DNA from: the human T2T-CHM13v2.0 reference genome, Homo sapiens
Strand: one strand, 5' to 3'
Length of the DNA stretch: 64,000 nucleotides
NCBI RefSeq assembly: GCF_009914755.1
Contig: NC_060926.1
Shown: piece by piece, positions 58,265 to 64,000 of the stretch
How positions within the stretch are numbered: the first letter of the stretch is position 1
Layout: each line of letters starts with the position of its first letter
Made by a program: the position numbers and the translations under genes
The notes under the pieces: generated by a model
Told to the model about the DNA's origin: nothing
Database searches by the model: none
The model's input: the letters and a program-made list of their open reading frames with translations, nothing else

Positions 58265-61200
58265 TTAGGGACGACCAATATGTCTTCTCACAGCATACTT
58301 TTTGAAGACAGCTGCTGGTAACAGGATGCTTGGCTGGGTTATCTATGTGTTCTCTTTTTCTATGTAAAAGAATATTTATTAAAGTTGCCATTCCCTAAGT
58401 TTTCATTACTTCCAGGGGGAAAAAAAAACAACATAAAAGGAAGTGAGATAGAGCAAGCCATTTAAACTCACCAAGTGCTTATAAAATGACAGAGGGGAAC
58501 TGGGTGATCTCCAAAGTCTTTTAGCTTTAACAATTGATCATTCAATGTGCTAATGGTTGACAACTGAGTATGTTGCCTTCTCCAAATCATATTTGTATTT
58601 ATAGTTTCTTCTAAATATAACCCTGTGAAGTGAATGATGTAAGGCATTTTGGATAAGAGATGTTCTGGTTGAGTAATACTTCTGCTGTCTGTCTCAAGTC
58701 AAACCAGGTAGCTGGTTACCTATACCCTAACTTCTCATCCCTGAACTACATTTGCATTAGTACATTTCTGTTTGTCATTACTTAGGTATTTAATACACTT
58801 TATAAAAGCAAAATTATATTTTTGCTGAAGCTTCACTTAACTTATTTTGAATACAGTCATGACATTTCAAATATAAAATATGGGTCTAGAACTGAATAAC
58901 TAACCAAAATTTGCATTCTGCAAAATTATAGTGTGAAAATGACACCTTCACAGAATCAAAACATTATGGAAAAATATATAGCACTCCACAGACTAACTTA
59001 AAATGCCAGGAAGTGACTTGAGCTGAGTTAGAGTCTATGGAACCATAGTGCTTTCAAGGTAAAGAAGTAAAGGAATAACATAAAACTTCTGAAATGGAAC
59101 CTGAAAGAAAATGCCTTTTGAGAAGCATGATATTAATCTTGAAATGGCTTTCTCCAGAAAACAGAACATGTCCTCCACAATCATAAAGCATTTCACAGAG
59201 ATGAATTTTTTTATGAAACAGGGTAGGCATTAAGTAAGAAAGAGACAGGTATACTCTCTCTTTCTGTTGTCATATGACAAGTTCTAGTCAGGAAACAAAA
59301 AAAGAAATGCTTATTGACCACGTGGGTTGTTCCAGACTCCAAAAGATAAATGCAGGTAAGTATGTTTGTTTTATGTGGGCAAATTTTAGGCATTTACAGT
59401 CTGCAACAATTACAATTAAGGGCTTCCCACCAATACCTAGCATCATGAAAAAAAAAGACCTATGATAGGAACAAAATGAATATTTAGAAATGACATGCCA
59501 GGAACCATGGTTTTTGGCTATAAGGAACTGAAACTCTGAATCAAGATTGTTTAATAAAAAAAGAAACGTTTTACAACATGAATAAAAGGAATTCAGAGTC
59601 CAGGAAGGCTCCTGGATTGGTCAACTCTTGTATTCCTTGCACCTTGTCACTGTGCCATTAAAAAGCTTGCCTAATCTAAACCCGATACCCACCATGGTCA
59701 GAAGACAGCTACCAGAAGTAGGTAGGACAACATGCTTCTTTGTTCATATTCAGCTTAAGATGCTTATCTTGTCCTCCATCCTGGAAATAAAGCCTTTCTT
59801 CAGCATGCTTGGCACAAGACCAACCCTAGACCGTTAACAGTTGTCTGAAGAATACTATGTGTTAACTGGCTTAGAATGACCAGAATCCATCAGGGAAAAA
59901 GGATACAAAGTCAACTTCCCCAGAGTGCTATAGATATGTATATATAACTGAAGTAAATCAGAAACCTGCTTGGAAGGAAGACGGGGTAGACAACTAACAG
60001 TGTTAACTACATTTGCTGCTGTTGATTTCCTAGTGGAGGGAAGGGATATTAATTTGTGGCACTGTAGCAAAATCATTATAGTCATTTCCATGCACTGTTA
60101 AAAAAAATCACTTGGTAAAGACTAAAGAGTTATTACTTTGGTCAAACTAGCATCTAAATGGATTTATAGTTTAATCAAAACTGATGTTAGCAAATTAATT
60201 ATGCCCCCAGTTACCAGAAAAACAACTAAGAACTGTGTCACAGAACTCTCTCAGTCCAAGTCACAAAACTATATTAAATTAAAATTCTTAATAGAAAGTA
60301 GCCAAATTATACTAGTTTTTCCATTTTTTTCTTTTATACAGAAGTAGTAAAATAAATGTAACAGTGTCAGTTACGTAAGTACTCCTCTTAGTATTTCACT
60401 TAATATAAGAAGAATCCCTGTTTTGCTCATGATTTTTAAAGTCAATATGAAGAAACAAAACTTTGAGCTGGGAAAGATTATCCAAATCACTTAGTTCAGC
60501 CATTTTATTCCAGAAGCTCCAAATCTAAAGTATAAGAAATGCTTCTCCAAGATGACTGTGCTGCGTATTTTTTAATACTATGTCAATTTTCAGAGCAATT
60601 TTAAGTTATATCTGAGTAACCCCATTAGTTTGACAACATCTGTGAATTTAGCAGATGAATGATGTTATTCATGTCAAGAAGTTACATGGATCTAGCATAC
60701 AAAAAAAACCCAGATCCAGTATTCAATAATTCAATAAACATTGGATATCATGTGCCAGGTGCCGTGTTAGCCATTGGGAATAGAATACTGGAAAAAACAA
60801 GTGTTCTGCCCTCAAAGAGCTTCTAGCTAGTAACTCACTCCAATGAGGAATACAATGCAGGTCAAGTTCCCTATCAATCTGATCACTTGCCACTGCAAAC
60901 TGGTCTCTTCTTATAAATCTCCAGCCAGCTGGGTAATCACACTATGCTGAACAGTTAAACTAACAGCATGCAAAGTGGACACCACAGTGCCGCGTGGCTT
61001 CTATAGAGAAGTCTCAGAGACTGTCAGTTGGGTCAGGGGCATCAGAGGCTACCATGTTGACAATTTCAAGACATCCAGGGAAAATCAGTGCGTGTGTTTT
61101 ACACATATACATTTTAAAAAATACAAAAGATAACACAATTTTCTGTAATTTCCTTTTCTTTCAACACTGTATCTTGGAAATGAGTTGCATCAAGATTACA

Positions 61201-61515
61201 CAGTATTCCACTGTATGGAGGTACAATAATTTACAGTAAGTTCTCTACAACTAGTTGTTATCCAATCATGTATTATTTACTAAACACGCAATTTCAATTT
61301 TGCATACATGTGCATATGTGTGTATGTGTATATCTATATGTTGTGTATTTAATAAATATGTGAATAACACATGTATAAGAACACACATGAACAATTACAT
61401 ACAATAGTATATATGAACAAGTGTAAGATAAACTTATATTTTAATTGCTAGAATAAATGTATGGGCTTTTCAATGTTTGGTAGGTATAGTGAAATTTCTA
61501 TCAATAGATGGTATA

Positions 61516-62144
<629 letters not shown>

Positions 62145-62620
62145 TCAACAATGTAAGACAGTTTGTTTCTTCATATGCTCATGATATACTGTTTTGTTAA
62201 ATGTTATAATTTTTATAACTGTAATAGGTAAAACTTTGTCTTACTGTAGTTTCAATTTAAATTCCTCTTATCAATTAGATTTATGCAGTTAAAACCTATT
62301 TGTATTTCCTTTTCTATCAATTATTTGTTTACATTTTTTGCACATCTTTCTCAGTCGCTGAAATTAGCCTTCTCTTTAATTCGCAACACATAAATAATTT
62401 TTCCTTAATTAGAAATTTTTTACTTTATAGATATTTTCTAGAAGGGTGACACCTTTTAAATTCTTACACAATCAAATATATTCCTTTTTATGACTTCCCT
62501 AAAACAAAGTTATAAAAGAATTCCTCTATGTTTTATTTAGGGTTTTATTTAATAATGTTTAAATATTTTATTCATCTGGAATTTATTGTTGTGTAAGAAG
62601 AAGGGAAAGAATCCCTGTCC

Positions 62621-62926
62621 CTTTTCTTTTTTTTTTTTTTTTTTAAGACAGAGTCTTGCTCTTGTCGCCCAGGCTGGAGGGCAATGGCGCGATCTCGGCT
62701 CACTACAACCTCCGCCTCCTCAGTTCTAGTGATTCTCCTGCCTCAGCCTCCTGAGTAGCTGGGATTACAGGTGCCCGCCACCACGCCCAGCTAATTTTTG
62801 TATTTTTATTAGAGATGGGGTTTCACCATGTTGGCCAAACTGGTCTCGAACTCCTGACCTCAGGTGATCTACCTGGCTTGGCCTCTCAAAGTGCTAGGAT
62901 TACAGGCGTTAGCTACTGCGCCCAAC
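62621..62926 (-). mobile_element. AluSq-like
   Basis: Full dimer. Confidence 0.95.
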
Positions 62927-63085
62927 CCCCTTTTTTTAATACTCTAGTTTTTCATAACTTTCTTGGCAATTGTTGCTTATTTATTTTTTCAAATAACATT
63001 TAGAATCAATTTTCTGGATCTACAAGAAAAATATTCTTATTTGAATATATTATATCTACCTAAGTTCAGAAAAAAGTAAAATCTT

Positions 63086-63460
<375 letters not shown>

Positions 63461-63545
63461 TTAGTAATATTCTTGAGTCTTATATCTTTTATCTTCATTG
63501 TATTTTAGAAATATTGATTATTTGTGTAGAGAAAGACAACTGACT

Positions 63546-63795
63546 ATTTATTGATTGATTGATTGATTTTGAGATGGAGTCTTGCTCTGCTGCCCAGGCT
63601 GGAGTGCAGTGGCGCTATCTCGGCTCACTGAAAGCTCCACCTCCCGGGTTCACGCCACTCTCCTGCCTCAGAGTAGCTGGGACTACAGGTGCCCGCCACC
63701 ACACCTGGCTAATTTTTTTTCTTGTTGTTTCTTTTAGTAGAGACGGGGTTTCATCATGTTAGCCAGGATGGTCTCGATCTCTGGATCTCGTGATC
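63546..63795 (-). mobile_element. AluY, interrupted in its left arm by an LTR
   Basis: Y diagnostics and (ATTG)n tail; Alu sequence stops at ctcgtgatc. Confidence 0.92.
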
Positions 63796-64000
63796 TGTTG
63801 CGGGAAGTCAGGGACCCCAAACAGAGGGACTGGCTGAAGCCACAGCAGAAGAACATAAATTGTGAAGACTTCATGGACATGTATCACTTCCCCAATCAAT
63901 ACTCTTATAATTTCCTATCCTTGTGTTTACTTTAATCTCTTAATCCCATCATCTTTGTAAACTGAGGATGCATGTCACGTCAGGATCCTGTGATGATTGC
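63796..64000 (+). mobile_element. MER11 LTR (HERV-K11/HML-8), 5' part, runs off the window
   Basis: Begins TGTTGCGGGAAGTCAGGGACCCCAAAC...AGAAGAACATAAATTGTGAAGA, the MER11 5' terminus (B/C-like). Confidence 0.9.

Overview
This is primate (almost certainly human) genomic DNA, not prokaryotic. The whole window lies inside ZRANB3, an SNF2-family annealing helicase/endonuclease, transcribed on the minus strand. Only two coding exons are present (38046-37875, 172 nt; 36121-36005, 117 nt). Both have canonical AG/GT ends and splice in frame into the helicase region (...RYFGKRPQWDCRG...PSAAAK|ELNTSFEEWEK...QTAIAK). The rest is repeat-dense intron: about 45 Alu/monomer copies, a 13.5 kb L1PB that hosts a full-length but dead L1PA4-like element, a 3.8 kb L1PA6-like element, older L1M/HAL1/L2/L3/MIR remnants, a MER31 solo LTR, a Tigger3 element, and a MER11 LTR running off the right edge. 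The less obvious items are: a decayed full-length H3.3 (H3-3A/H3F3A) processed pseudogene about 1.1 kb upstream of the first exon; a 23-bp perfect hairpin joined to a 24-bp direct repeat near 57.8 kb; each exon bracketed by its own inverted Alu pair; a tail-less Alu with an 18-bp TSD; several insertion-associated deletions; a 12-nt L1 3' transduction; and a near-perfect RFX X-box. I find no evidence for a new multi-gene system, CRISPR array or RNA gene. Repeat subfamily names and parent sequences are recalled from memory and need RepeatMasker/BLAST confirmation.
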